From Schizochytrium sp. TIO01 (taxonomy: Eukaryota > Protista > Bigyra: Labyrinthulomycetes), in NCBI GenBank assembly GCA_004764695.1, contig SMSO01000032.1:3814483-3878482 (forward strand): DNA of 64,000 nt, read 5' to 3'. Positions 35,097 to 46,624 of the stretch are shown here, piece by piece (positions within the stretch are counted from its first letter, which is position 1; each line of letters begins with the position of its first letter). The position numbers and the translations under genes are program-made. The notes under the pieces were generated by a model, which saw only the letters and a program-made list of their open reading frames with translations, searched no databases and had not been told where the DNA came from.

Positions 35097-35708
35097 TTAG
35101 TTTAGGGGACGCCAGGTGATACCACTGTTTTTGGTCACAGTATCTTGAAAAACATCCGTACTAGTTTTCTTGACACCCTTGAGGGAAAGGTTAGACTTAG
35201 GCAAAATGGCAACAATGGCCATTTCACGTGATATAGTCCATGTGTTTCGCTCAACAAAGTGAACACCGAGGTCTTTATCCATGTACCAAAAGTCTGTGTC
35301 ACGTTCTGTGTAAATCTGAATGAGAGCATCATTGTCATTTGCAAGCTTGAAGAACTGTTTCCAGCCAGCAAAAAGCTTCGCTCGGTTGACGGCAAGGCCT
35401 CGAATAAGCTCTGTTCGGCCACCATTCTTAAATTTGAAGGCGGGCACGTTTACACGAGGGAAGAAGAATGCAAGAGCATTATCTACGGTGGTCTCAGACC
35501 AAATGGCCATAAGAACACCACCATTGGACTCCTCAAAGACAAGATATAAGCCGCGGGTCCTGGCTTCGGGATCCTCCGGCAGACCCAAAGCAAAATCGGG
35601 GGTGTCTTCATATCTCGATTTCACAATTTTCTTACTCTTCCTTGGTGCTGTGAAGCCCACATCCGTGCCAGCCTCTGCCGGTGCTGATTTGCTACCGCAA
35701 ATGCCCAT
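35097..35708 (-). CDS. IMP1/IMP2 (immune mapped protein)-like protein with N-terminal myristoylation/palmitoylation motif
   Basis: Start caaaATGg giving MGICGSKS. GLYLVF...GG.L...WS......ALAFF.P...VP.FKF..GGR.ELIR...GW..F.K.A matches my recollection of the IMP2 N-terminal domain; VAILP and the C-terminal part fit IMP2_C. Confidence 0.6.
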   Translation of the reverse strand: MGICGSKSAPAEAGTDVGFTAPRKSKKIVKSRYEDTPDFALGLPEDPEARTRGLYLVFEESNGGVLMAIWSETTVDNALAFFFPRVNVPAFKFKNGGRTELIRGLAVNRAKLFAGWKQFFKLANDNDALIQIYTERDTDFWYMDKDLGVHFVERNTWTISREMAIVAILPKSNLSLKGVKKTSTDVFQDTVTKNSGITWRPLN

Positions 35709-38700
35709 TTTGATCCTGGTTCCTTTGCAATCAAACGTAAACAGGCAATCTGGTCCGTGGTGCACTCCAATGAACAGTATATCAAGTATGTGCACGCTCG
35801 ATCCGTGCTTTTAGCTGCTCCACTTTTAAGCTGTACGATCAGCCCTGATAATGAGGTTCTACGCTACACGAGGACAGCAATACGTGCAAGCCTGGCTTCC
35901 CTTGCCACGCTTTGCTTGGTGCAAAAAAGGGGTCTTTGCGCGAACGAGGGAGTTGATTGCGAGGGGGTCCTCCACGGACCCAGCAGTTGACTGAGCGAGT
36001 TTTACTGATTGAGCAAAGCGTGCACGCGCCACCCACGGTTCTCCACGTCGCGTCCAAAGACTCGCGACACCAGATGACGTTTGAATCCAACTCGCGCTCT
36101 AGCAAAGGGAGTCTGGGCGGTCCCTTCGCTTAGACTTTTAGAGACTGCTTTGGTGGTCTGCCTGATGCATACATGCGCGCCGATCGATGGTGTGATTTGT
36201 TATTGTTATTATGTTCATGCGTCGATTCATTCTCTCATTTATTCGGTCAATGATTTATTTGTTCACTTCCTATTCCTAATTCCTTTTCACTTTTTAAGAA
36301 TTAAAAACACTCTTAATAGGGTTTATCTATGTATTTTTTAAAAATTAAAATTAATACTTCCTTCTAAGGTTATAAAGAAAACAAACAAATAAATGGTTTT
36401 CCTAAAGAAAAGGAGGTATTCCATTCTCTTTGCACTTGAGCACCTAAGTGTTGTCGCGTGTTGTGAAGGTATTCACTTTATTGTAATAAAGTCTTGTGAT
36501 ACCTTCAAGGTTTTATCTTCTCTAAAAGTGGCTCTTTCCCCGCTTTCGTCTCCGTTTCTGGTAGCAGTCAGTGTCCAGTACTTGCCAATGAAAGTAGATA
36601 TACACATACTTAGTACTTACCCTTTCCATATTAAACCAGTAGTTGGTGATGTAAGTAAGTAATACTAGTAAAACTGGAAAATCAGATGAATTGTTTTCCC
36701 ATTCCGTGTCCTTGGAAGTCATTAGATTGATCAGAGGTGCCACAACACAACAGCAGTTCAACCAATTCAATCAATACAATCAACGATCCAGACAGGCAGC
36801 CAAGCAGCGGCGCAGGTACGACCGATGGGAATGCGATCGTGGTAAAATTGTGTCCAGCTCAAGTACATGCTCTTCCTTCACGTGCTGGTAAAGTTTACGA
36901 CGAGCTTTTTGTCTGTCGCTGTCACCAAATCAGAGGCTCTGTTCGTTAGATTTTTTTAAGGAAACGCGCTGAGCATCTTTTCAAGCCTGAGAGATGTTTT
37001 CTTGCAAGCGTTGTTGCAGGCTCCCATCATAATGGTCACCAACTCATTCAAGAATGTGAATACAAGGTTAAGCTTGTTGTGTTGATTACGGGCATATCGT
37101 CCTGGATGTCTGGAAGTGCATCGATTCAAAGGACAAAAGTGCCTAAAACTGGTTCTGCTCCCTTGCTCTGCAAATTTTCTTGATTGAAAGAATTAAGGAA
37201 ACTAGTCAGCGGCACGTGCTCAACAGATGGCTCAAAACAAGAGGCGAAAGCAGAAGTGAGCCAAGAAGAGTTTGCAGTGAGGCCTCCTCTGAAGATCGCA
37301 GTGGCTTTCGATACGTTATAGGCACAGATCTGACCTCGGCAAGCACTGTCGGCGAACTGTGCTTCAATTGACCAGACATCTCCAAAATTTTGGTCGAGCG
37401 TGATTTGTACTACGGTGCACGTGACGATTATTGTTGTACAGATGGGCGGAAGGCCGGTGTCCGGCAGACATCGCTGGTCGGTGTGATCACTAATCTCTGG
37501 AGGACAAGAAAATTGGCAAGACACTTGAAGAATGATGATAACAGCTTTTCGTCAAAATATCAGGAATGAATAATCTATGATCGAGGGTTGAAGGAGCTTT
37601 ATCAGTTCACGAATCACTCGCTCGCGGCGCGCGCAACTTGTGCATGGACCCTTTTCAAAATATAATGTATTGCATTGGAACACTTCAGCATGATAAACCA
37701 TTTGGAGATATTTCCAATCCAATATAAGTGTTACATAAAATAGTTCCGTTCCATTTGTTCTATTCTGGCCCTCGCTGGACGCGCGCCACGTTTTATGGGG
37801 GGTGCTACTGTATCTCGTAATAGTGCTAGCAAATGCTGGGATCCAGCGTTTTTCTTTTATTCGAATTATTCGATTTATTCGCTGAGAAAGAAAGAGTTTT
37901 GGAGAATCTTTTGAAAGTTTTTTTAATTCTGCGTAAAGTTTCTCTTCTCAATGTTCTCTTCCCCAGAACTTTTAGATTCTTGTTGTTTTGAAGCTTTCTC
38001 TTTTCAAGAAGAATCATCGTTGGCAATTGATAAACAGCCTCTAACGTATCTGCAAATCTGCATGGAAAGAGCAGGAACCTAACCTCTAGAGTAACCATGA
38101 GATATTGTGTAATGCAATGAACTGGCATTATGAATTCCTTTTTGCGGCCTCGAAGTTCTTTGAAATGTAATAGCCTTTAATGACCTGCTAAGTATAATTG
38201 GACTATTTTCGTTTTGAAAATAGTTCGATAGCAGAGAAGTTTATGTTTTCTTCTTGTTTTCCCTTTTTTTCTTTACTTTACTTTTCTTTACTTTTCTTAA
38301 GTTTTACTTCTTTCTGGGCATTGATCCACGCCAAAGCCCTTCAACTGACGCAGCTGTCGGCTACGGCGAGAAAGGCCCCGGCACCGAATTGAGGCTGCCC
38401 GCCAACAGGAGTCGATGCGGTAGCTTCGACGCCAACCTTGACAGCAACCAGTACACCTGACTGTGTGCACACAAAAGTTGCGATTTGTTGAGATGTGCGG
38501 TCAAGGCAGCTGCTGATCCACGTACCTGTCTGTCAAGAAGCGCTCCCCCTCTTGAAGAAGGGAATGGAAGTCGAGCTTTGGCTATGCAGCTAGGATTTAA
38601 CGACCTGTAGAGAGTCCAGAGGCTTTGGAGTTCTTGGAGTGGATAACGCATATATCATTCTTAAGCAAAATACCAAAAGGAATCAATTGAAAAAGGAGCC

Positions 38701-39921
38701 CAACCGTTTTGGAGGCGACCAAAGCGATTCCCTGAGCTCCATGGACAGTGCTGCCGGTGCGGGGCGAGACAAGTCGTGCCGCTGGAAGCCACTGCTGCGA
38801 GATAAATGCGATCGAGCGCGAGCTGGTAGCCTCCTCGCAGAAAGCAATTAGGAGGTGGGACCGCTCGCCACATATCGAAGTAACAGAGAGTGCACACCTA
38901 GGTGATCAATACTGTCGGCCAAACCATGTTTTCTGAAAAGCTAGCAGAGTTTAACGTGGGGTTTAGCAATAGCAGGGGTAGAAGACTGAAAATATCAAGG
39001 ATCTCATATGTCACGACAATGTGTGTGTATGTTGGCGCTTCTTTGAGGGCTACAGGAGTTGACGCGGAATCGTGAGATTTGTGATGCCTGTGCACACTCG
39101 TCCTGCCATTCGAGTATGGTGTTCTATTACCTGAATGGTTGCGGAAGTAAAGGGGCCACTTTGCTAACCAAATGACATAGCTAAGTAGCATCCAGTGATC
39201 CCTGGTATGATGGTCTTTCTTTGAAAGTTCTTTTGAAAAAACTCACATTCCGCCGTCGCCGTCCACTCGATTGGGGCTTTTCATCTGTCATCATTCAAGA
39301 AAGAACGCCAGAGAGTACCAACTGTGCGAATGGGTCAATCTCTAAAGATAAAATATGACATTTTCTTAGATCATAGAATACAACAAATAGTAGGGTATGT
39401 CTTTATTTTCCATAGTTATTGCGAGATAATTTTCCTTTAGTTGTATATGTTAAAAGTATCCAGGGAAAACTGATTTGATGCTCATAATTCCGATCGAAGA
39501 GTGATCGCCACATGCGCCTAAAAAAAGGTTTTTATAAAATCTTCCGCAAATAGTTGCATGTGCATAGTGATAGAACTATATTACCTTAACTGCAGACTCA
39601 ATTAAATGTGTCCCGAAAGGGGAGGGCATTCATTTGATTTGTTCTTTTCCTCATGATACAGAAAGACGATTCATGTACTATGTTCTCGAACTATAAAAAT
39701 CGAAGGTATCGCGAGTTGGTAATAGTTATTATAGGTAATTTTAATTCATTTTAAAGAAAAAGGATTTTGAACGCCCCTAAGCAAATGAGGAAAGCTCGCT
39801 GGGTCATCTTCAAAACTCCAAAGTATAAGATTGGAATCGAGAGAGAGAGACGAGGGCTTCTGTGCTTTATTTTGATACGTCAGGCCAGATGGCAGTGATA
39901 TAATGTTTTATCAAGTAAGCG

Positions 39922-41832
39922 TCATGATGACTTGTTTTCATTTTCGTTCATGGCTTCTGCTGCAGGTCCTAAACGATGTTGCGGCTTATCTTCATAAGCC
40001 ATAGTCTCGCGAGCAAGCTGAAGCTTTCTTTCTCTACGTTCGCGGGCCTCTTGCTGCAATTGTTCATGGCGTTCCTGCCGTTTACGCTTATCAGCAGCAA
40101 CTGCTTCCTGACGTGCAGCCTTTTTAGCTTCTTCTGCTTCCACAATGGGGTCTTTAATGCTGTTGAGATACTTTATGCACTCCTCGCGATTAGCACTGGC
40201 ATTCCCGCGATGGCGGATACGCCAATCAAGCTGGTGGTCCATTAGAATACCAATATGAGTACCACCACGAGCAATGCCAAGAGACTTCATCAGAGATTTT
40301 CCATCAAGCAATGGCTTATCCTTCCACATGTCGCGTAATAACCAGTCTTCGCACGCTACCTTGTGTGTAAGTGAAAGGACGTCCTCTAAGTCAGGGCGAT
40401 GCGCAGCGGTAAATGCAAGAATAATCGGCATGTAGTGTTTGGCACGGACATAGACACGTCCAATAGCAACGCGGAGATCATCGTTATCCTTAATGTCTGA
40501 ATTCGCAGCAGCAACAGCTGCCTTTACGGCTTCAAGGTTCTCAATGAGGGAAAGCGCAGTCATGGTCACCAAAGCCACGTCTTGCGCCACGGAAGCCTTC
40601 ATCTTAACAGTGTCGCGCACGACCAGCTGCATGGCAGGCTCAAGTTTACGCTTGGGGTGACCAATGCCATTGAAGTCGTTCATATCATAAAAAAGAGTCG
40701 TGAGACAGGTGATTGCATAATTGTCCAGCTTATACGGGCTACGTTCATCAAAAGGATACTGGAAGCGGGTGGTCTCGATGCTGTCAGCCTCTTGCTCAGC
40801 CTTAAGAATGGACACAGTTTGTTTCGCAAGATCAACACGTGCTTGCCAGTCAAGGTTGCGAATATGCTCACGCATGCGGTCGTCACTCTCAACTAACTCT
40901 GGGTCAAGCGGGTCCTCAGTGTTGGGGTTTGGAACGACATATGGCGGAACCATAAAGACAACACTGCATAACTTGTAGTCCCACAACAGTTGTAAGGCAT
41001 CAGTAGGACGTGCACTTTCCAGCATACTTCTAAGTTCGATGCCAATGCGCTCACGACTGACTTTTTCTTGCAGTGCTGTGACATTGGTGGGCTCCTGGAG
41101 TGCCTTTTCGATGGTGTCCTCCAACTTAAAGTTGAAGCGGCTGGCAAAGCGGATCGCGCGCAGCATACGCAAGGGGTCATCGTGAAACGTCATATCCGCT
41201 GGAAGTGGGGTGCGGATGACTCCCTCCTCCAAATCACGGAGACCACGCTGGGTTAAATCCTCAACGATATTTTCGTTAATGTTGTAAAAGAGCGCGTTAA
41301 TAGTAAAATCGCGGCGCTCAGCATCCTCCTGCGCTGTACCAAAAGTCATGGATGGAATGCGACTCTCCTGAACATATTCCTCAGCTCGAAGGTTCACAAG
41401 GTCAATGCTCTGACCAAGAATGGAAACTGAAGCTGTCTCAAGGTGCTTGCTCTGGTCTGGGTTGGCTTGGATCAGCCCAATGCGGTGCACCTCCAGGCCA
41501 TTCTCCTGAAGGTATTCGTTAACCTTTTCGGCAAATGCAAGGCCTGTCATATCATCCAGTGCGAGATCGATATCATGGGAGCTTCGTCCAAGAAGTTTAT
41601 CGCGAACCCAGCCTCCAGCTACACGGACCTGAGTGGCAAGCTCAAAGCGCTTGACGACAGCCTTGATGGTTTCAAACAGCTTGATTTCCTCCGGCGTCAA
41701 GGTGAGGTCTTCGCCTGTGAGTTTGCGTGCTGCAAGGCCAGAAGAAAGTGTGCGCACACGTTTTCTTGGTGGCATATCAAGATCCTCATTGTCCCTTGAA
41801 AGAGCAGAAGATAATGCTGAAGATTTTGACAT
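39922..41832 (-). CDS. CCA1: CCA-adding tRNA nucleotidyltransferase (class II, fungal/plant CCA1-type)
   Basis: RVAGGWVRDKLLG..SHDIDLA, NPDQSKHLETA, DLVNLRAEEY..SRIP, EDAERRDFTINALFY, DDPLRMLRAIRF, KVSRERIG.E. First ATG is at 41832, with an open in-frame extension upstream. Confidence 0.93.
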   Translation of the reverse strand: MSKSSALSSALSRDNEDLDMPPRKRVRTLSSGLAARKLTGEDLTLTPEEIKLFETIKAVVKRFELATQVRVAGGWVRDKLLGRSSHDIDLALDDMTGLAFAEKVNEYLQENGLEVHRIGLIQANPDQSKHLETASVSILGQSIDLVNLRAEEYVQESRIPSMTFGTAQEDAERRDFTINALFYNINENIVEDLTQRGLRDLEEGVIRTPLPADMTFHDDPLRMLRAIRFASRFNFKLEDTIEKALQEPTNVTALQEKVSRERIGIELRSMLESARPTDALQLLWDYKLCSVVFMVPPYVVPNPNTEDPLDPELVESDDRMREHIRNLDWQARVDLAKQTVSILKAEQEADSIETTRFQYPFDERSPYKLDNYAITCLTTLFYDMNDFNGIGHPKRKLEPAMQLVVRDTVKMKASVAQDVALVTMTALSLIENLEAVKAAVAAANSDIKDNDDLRVAIGRVYVRAKHYMPIILAFTAAHRPDLEDVLSLTHKVACEDWLLRDMWKDKPLLDGKSLMKSLGIARGGTHIGILMDHQLDWRIRHRGNASANREECIKYLNSIKDPIVEAEEAKKAARQEAVAADKRKRQERHEQLQQEARERRERKLQLARETMAYEDKPQHRLGPAAEAMNENENKSS

Positions 41833-42702
41833 ATTGGCAGTGACAATTCCACGCAGACCTCGACGAAAGATGCTACTACAAGGACTGCTAAGGCGCCGCT
41901 GAAAAGCTAGTGAGTTTGCCAACCCTCCCAAGCACCTTGATTCCCTCTTTGTGCTACCTAAGCACTCCTTCCACGCAGCGGTTCTCACGCCGTTCTGACC
42001 TGACGCCGCGGCGACGGTCCCGGCGCCCCGTGGGATGCCGGCGCCCAGGACCGCCGCTGCGGATCGAAGGCACCCAAACACGGCGGGAAACTATCGCCCG
42101 TGCCCTGGGCCTCCTGATAACCCGCTGAAACGCCCCCAAGCGCACGCCTTGGCCGCCCGCAAGACTCCACAATCGTGGTCTGCGTCTTCGCCGCCAACCT
42201 CTACAGCACCATAGCCCTTCGCTTCCATTTGCCCCAGACGGCACGCTGCACAACCCATTTGGGATCACTAATGGGTTGTGCAAAGCTGTGCTATCGCTCT
42301 CTAGTTAGCAGAAGGAAATTATTTTGGCCAGAATTGTCCAAGTTTGCAAGGTTGATCAGACCTCTCTTTTGTGAAGACCTAGAGCATTAGTCTGTCGCCA
42401 AAGACTTCCATGCTCAGGATTGAAAAGCCTCGTTCGGTTGCTGCGTACTCTTGGCCTTTTGATGGGCGCTCAGTTTGGATGCCAGGGCTTTTGAGAGGAT
42501 GAATGTGCGAAGGAGTAAATGAGTAAATGAAAAGGTGAATGACTGAGTGAAAAGAAAGAAAGAATTCAATTGAAGAGCTGACAAACTTCGAATTCAATTG
42601 GCGAAGAGCCTTAGCGAGGCCCGCTGCGCTCCGACGCGGGGTTGGGGGCGTGGGTTTCGCGCGGGAAACTTGGTCGAGGGAGGCTTGGGCATCTTTGGCA
42701 GG

Positions 42703-45249
42703 ATGCGGGAGGCGACGGCCCGAGGGTGGCCACGGAGGTCGGCACATGGAGGACTCAACCGTGCTACCGGCGCCTCTGTGAGGTCCGGCCAGGGCGTCCG
42801 TGCGTGGGTAGCCACGGGTTTTGGCTTGATGGCAGCTCTATTCTTCGTGAACACAGCCCTGCTTATGTGGCACGTTGACGGCGGAGATATCTACGCATCC
42901 ATCCGACTCCGTATGGCTGAATTGCGTGACCAGGTGCCAGCTTGGGCAGACCAGCGCTTACCTCAAATGGTCACCGATAAGCCTGCGTGGCGCAACTCGG
43001 ACGTAGAGCCACCACTTGGGTCGTTTGGCCACGGCCTCCGAGGGCCAGACCACGACTCCGCAAGGGGAGACAAGAGTGAAGCAGACATGCTGGCAGATGT
43101 TGCAAATTCCGCACAAGAAGCTGGTCGCCAAGACCAAAACCCGCATCAGGGCTCAAAGAATGGGCTCCCAAGAGCGCAAGCAGCATCCTTTCACGCGAGA
43201 CACAGTCCACGCGCAAATGGAGCTGCGAAGGTCCGCAAATATGCTTGGTCGGATCTTTCGGGAACCAACAGCTTTGCCATGGTGGATGAACACGACAAGG
43301 CGTGGGCCGAGCTGGAGAATGACGAGGTTAAGTTCAGGTTCTTGGAGGTGAGCAGGGGGGAGCTTCGTGTTGAGCTTCGTGATGATAATCGTAAGATGAC
43401 GGTATTGCTGCTGCCAAGGCATAGCTTGTTTAAGTTTGATGGGGGTGAGTATAATGATCTGTACACAGGATACTGGACACATTGGAATGGGAACCGCATG
43501 CGGCCAGACCGAGGAAATTATGGAGACCGAAAGCCACCACCGACACATATTGAAGGTGCACAAAACAGCCAGACAATCGCAGTCATGTTGGCTGCTTTTC
43601 GTGACCCGCTGTGCGGAAATACGCTTTACGAGGCATTCTCGAATGCTAAATATCCGGAACGAATCATAGGAATTGTTATTGAACAGAATCACGAAAAAGA
43701 CGTTTATAACTGTGTTGAGGACTACTGTCAGATTCTTGCCGATCAGGACAAGAATGCCAGGTGCCGTAGAGACCAGGTCCGCGTAGATTCAGTACCATTG
43801 GACCGTGCTCGTGGTGTGATGCCCGCTCGGTATAGACAGAACTTGCTGCTTCAGGATGAGGAGTTCTGCTTACAAATTGATTCCCACAGTGCCTTCGAAA
43901 CGAATTGGGATGTGATTGCCATAGAGGATTGGTTGCTCACGGAGAATGAAATGGCCGTGATTACTGCGTACCCAAATATGGTCCGTGATCGACACGATCA
44001 GCGCAATTCACCACAGCGATGCTCGACAAAATTCTCTGGAGATAAGGAAGTAGTACATGGCGGTAACTCGGCGATCAATGTACACCCAGGAAAGGCACCG
44101 TATCTCATTCCATTTTTCGGTGCCGGCACCAGTTTCAGCAAATGCCATGCTAACTTCAACGTACCTTACGATCCGTATATGAGCTACCTTTTTGGCGGCG
44201 AGGAATTCAACCGCGCCGTGCGGCTGTTTACATCAGGCTACGACATGTACGGGCCCAAGCGCAATTTCGTTTACCATTATTATGATCAAGAGAAAAAGCC
44301 ACTTCAAGGCCGTGAGGCGCGCCATCGTGAGTTTGCCTCGCTTTCTACTAAGCAGAAGCAAACTATGAGCTCGCAAACTACGGCCCGGTGGCGAACGATT
44401 TTGGGCCTCCCTTTAACATCTAGGAATCCGCGTGTGTCCGTGGCCGGCATGCAGGACGCTTCACTCTTTGGACTTGGCACCCGCAGACCCATTGAACAGT
44501 ACGAAGCCTTCTCACACGTGAATCTGCGTGAAGGTACTGAGCAGAGTCGCTGCGGGGACCTGGGCAGCATGAAATGGGAAGCCTATGAGTTTGAGCTCCC
44601 ATTCTACCCAGCTGGCAAAAACTGCCCTTACTTTCGTATGAAAGACATTCGCAAGTATTGTTGCACAACACTGCAGCGTGTACTTGCCTCAACTCAAGAT
44701 TTTTTGAGGAAAACCAATGATATGGTAGGTGCCGAGGTTTCACTCTCGCCGGACGCCAAGCTTTTGGACCCGCTTACCCCGGTGCTCACAGAATCAAATA
44801 CTGCGGCTTCATTGGGTTCTTGTGCTAGTTTGGGCACACCAGCGCCCTGGCCTGCGAAAAGGGACAGAGAACAGGAGGATGAGATAGCAGGAAAGGACGC
44901 AGAGAAACAAAAGGGAAAGGGGAAAGAAGAAGTCGCGGACATGCAGAAGCTCTTCAAAAGTGAACCTGACTCTGGACCTGCCCCTTCCAAGCATGCTATT
45001 AGAGAAGACAACGAAATTCAACAACGTCTGCAGTTTCAGATGCCTGATGTTCGGAGCCTCAACGATTTAAGCGCTCGTCAAAAAGAACATTCAGATCACG
45101 TTCAGAACAGCAACCTTGGCGCTATCAATAGTATTGCTGTCGATGACGACGATGACAGCAGTTATGTCGAAGAGATCCTCAAGGAGCAAGAAAAGGAAGA
45201 AGAGGAGGACGATGTAGATCTTGATGAGAGCGAAGATATGGGTGTTGAC

Positions 45250-45281
<32 letters not shown>

Positions 45282-45468
45282 CGACGACGACGACGAGGAA
45301 GAGGAGGAGGATATTGACGATGAGGAGCTTGTTGAAGTGGAAGAGGATGAGCGCGCTGATGCAGAGGACGCAGCACACTCCGCACAACTAGTGGGCAAAA
45401 ACCAGGACGATCAGGAAGAACTTGACGAGCTCGACGACTCTATTGAGCTGCGCTCCCATATTGCCTAA
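42703..45468 (+). CDS. Type II membrane GT60-family (Gnt1/Gnt2/OGNT-like) alpha-GlcNAc transferase with an acidic C-terminal tail
   Basis: TM WVATGFGLMAALFFVNTALLMW; AAFRDPLC..TL...F..AKYPERI, LQIDSH..F..NWD, FGAG.SFS, VPYDP....LF.GEE....RLFT.GYD.Y.P, GLGT.R. Confidence 0.85.
45247..45310 (+). repeat. (GAT/GAC)n then (GAG)n trinucleotide tract encoding poly-Asp/Glu
   Basis: Direct reading. Confidence 0.9.
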
Positions 45469-46219
45469 ATTGGCACAAGAAAAGTAGATTGCATGCCCTT
45501 AGTGAATTAGAGAACATGATATGATTTTTTTTGGCAAGCTGCCATGAAACTGTTTCATACACTAAAACATAAATGCTGAATAGATAGCAAGAAGAAAACA
45601 TCTTTATTTTTGTTCAATTCTGTTCTTTAGATACTTCTGTCTTATATTATGGAATTGAACAGTGCTTATTGAAGACTTGTTGCATGCAGCTACTCCGCAT
45701 GCCTTTTAAAAGTAGAGTTGATCTAATCCTCTATGAGTAGGCTGACTGCTTCGTTCGAGCTGAGTGGCAGGGGATCACAGAAACAAGCTCGGGCAGTGCG
45801 TTAGGTTCAAGATTTTCTTTTTCAGTGGCATTGTGGTACAGGCTCGGTTTCTCTTCTATGTAAGTTTATTTAATTTTAAAAAAAGCAATATTTGGAGTAT
45901 GTATAGTTCTATTTTGATAAAACCAAAACTAAACTTCACTCCTTCTTCGTTCTTCTTTCACCCCTCTAATAGCGTCTTTTGCTCTATTCCGAGTAGATGA
46001 CCCAACTGTCTGGCTATGGACAGCCCTGGAGGAATTGTTAAGCGACTTCACGAAGGCTTCAGTGATTGGACATGACCCTAGTCTCAAGATGAAGACAGTT
46101 TGCCCTGGATTCAGATTTCCTCAAGAGCACTTTGAAGAGTTTAACCAAAGACTTAAATTGGAGATGTTGCAGGAGTTAGGGTTTGAGCTGGACTTGAGCA
46201 TTTGCAAGTAAGCGGTAGT

Positions 46220-46624
46220 TTAGCTGAAGTCTGATGTGCGGCCCTTATGGGCCCAGTCACCGTAGCGTGTGGGCTCACCAAGACGAGGACCATTCCACTC
46301 ACCTGTGTCAGGGTTAAACATGTCAACAAAGTCCTCATCGTCGTCATCAACGCTAGGCTTGGCATCCTTCGCGTCCTTGGCAACAGCAGCTTCTGGCACA
46401 TTACCCTCAGCGTCCAAAAGAGAGTCCAGAGTTGCGTCTTTCTTCTCTACGCGAGCAAACCTGGAAAACTTCTCGAAAATCGATTTCTTCAAGCCACCCT
46501 CGGATGCCTCAGTAATGGAAGACGCATGGATACCTGCCTTTGAGACCGTCATGATGTTTACGCGTCTGCAAGGGACTACTGTGCGGCTGCAGATGGCGCC
46601 AATGAGACCCATCCGAGCTGCCAT
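46220..46624 (-). CDS. SDHAF4: Succinate dehydrogenase assembly factor 4 (Sdh8/DUF1674)
   Basis: C-terminal NPDTGEWNGPRLGEPTRYGDWAHKGRTSDF; Arg-rich, acid-free presequence-like N-terminus. Confidence 0.92.
   Translation of the reverse strand: MAARMGLIGAICSRTVVPCRRVNIMTVSKAGIHASSITEASEGGLKKSIFEKFSRFARVEKKDATLDSLLDAEGNVPEAAVAKDAKDAKPSVDDDDEDFVDMFNPDTGEWNGPRLGEPTRYGDWAHKGRTSDFS

Noticed and set aside
37369-37371. In-frame TGA considered as selenocysteine
   Set aside because: The same frame also has a TAA, there is no redox motif, and I could not identify a SECIS element.
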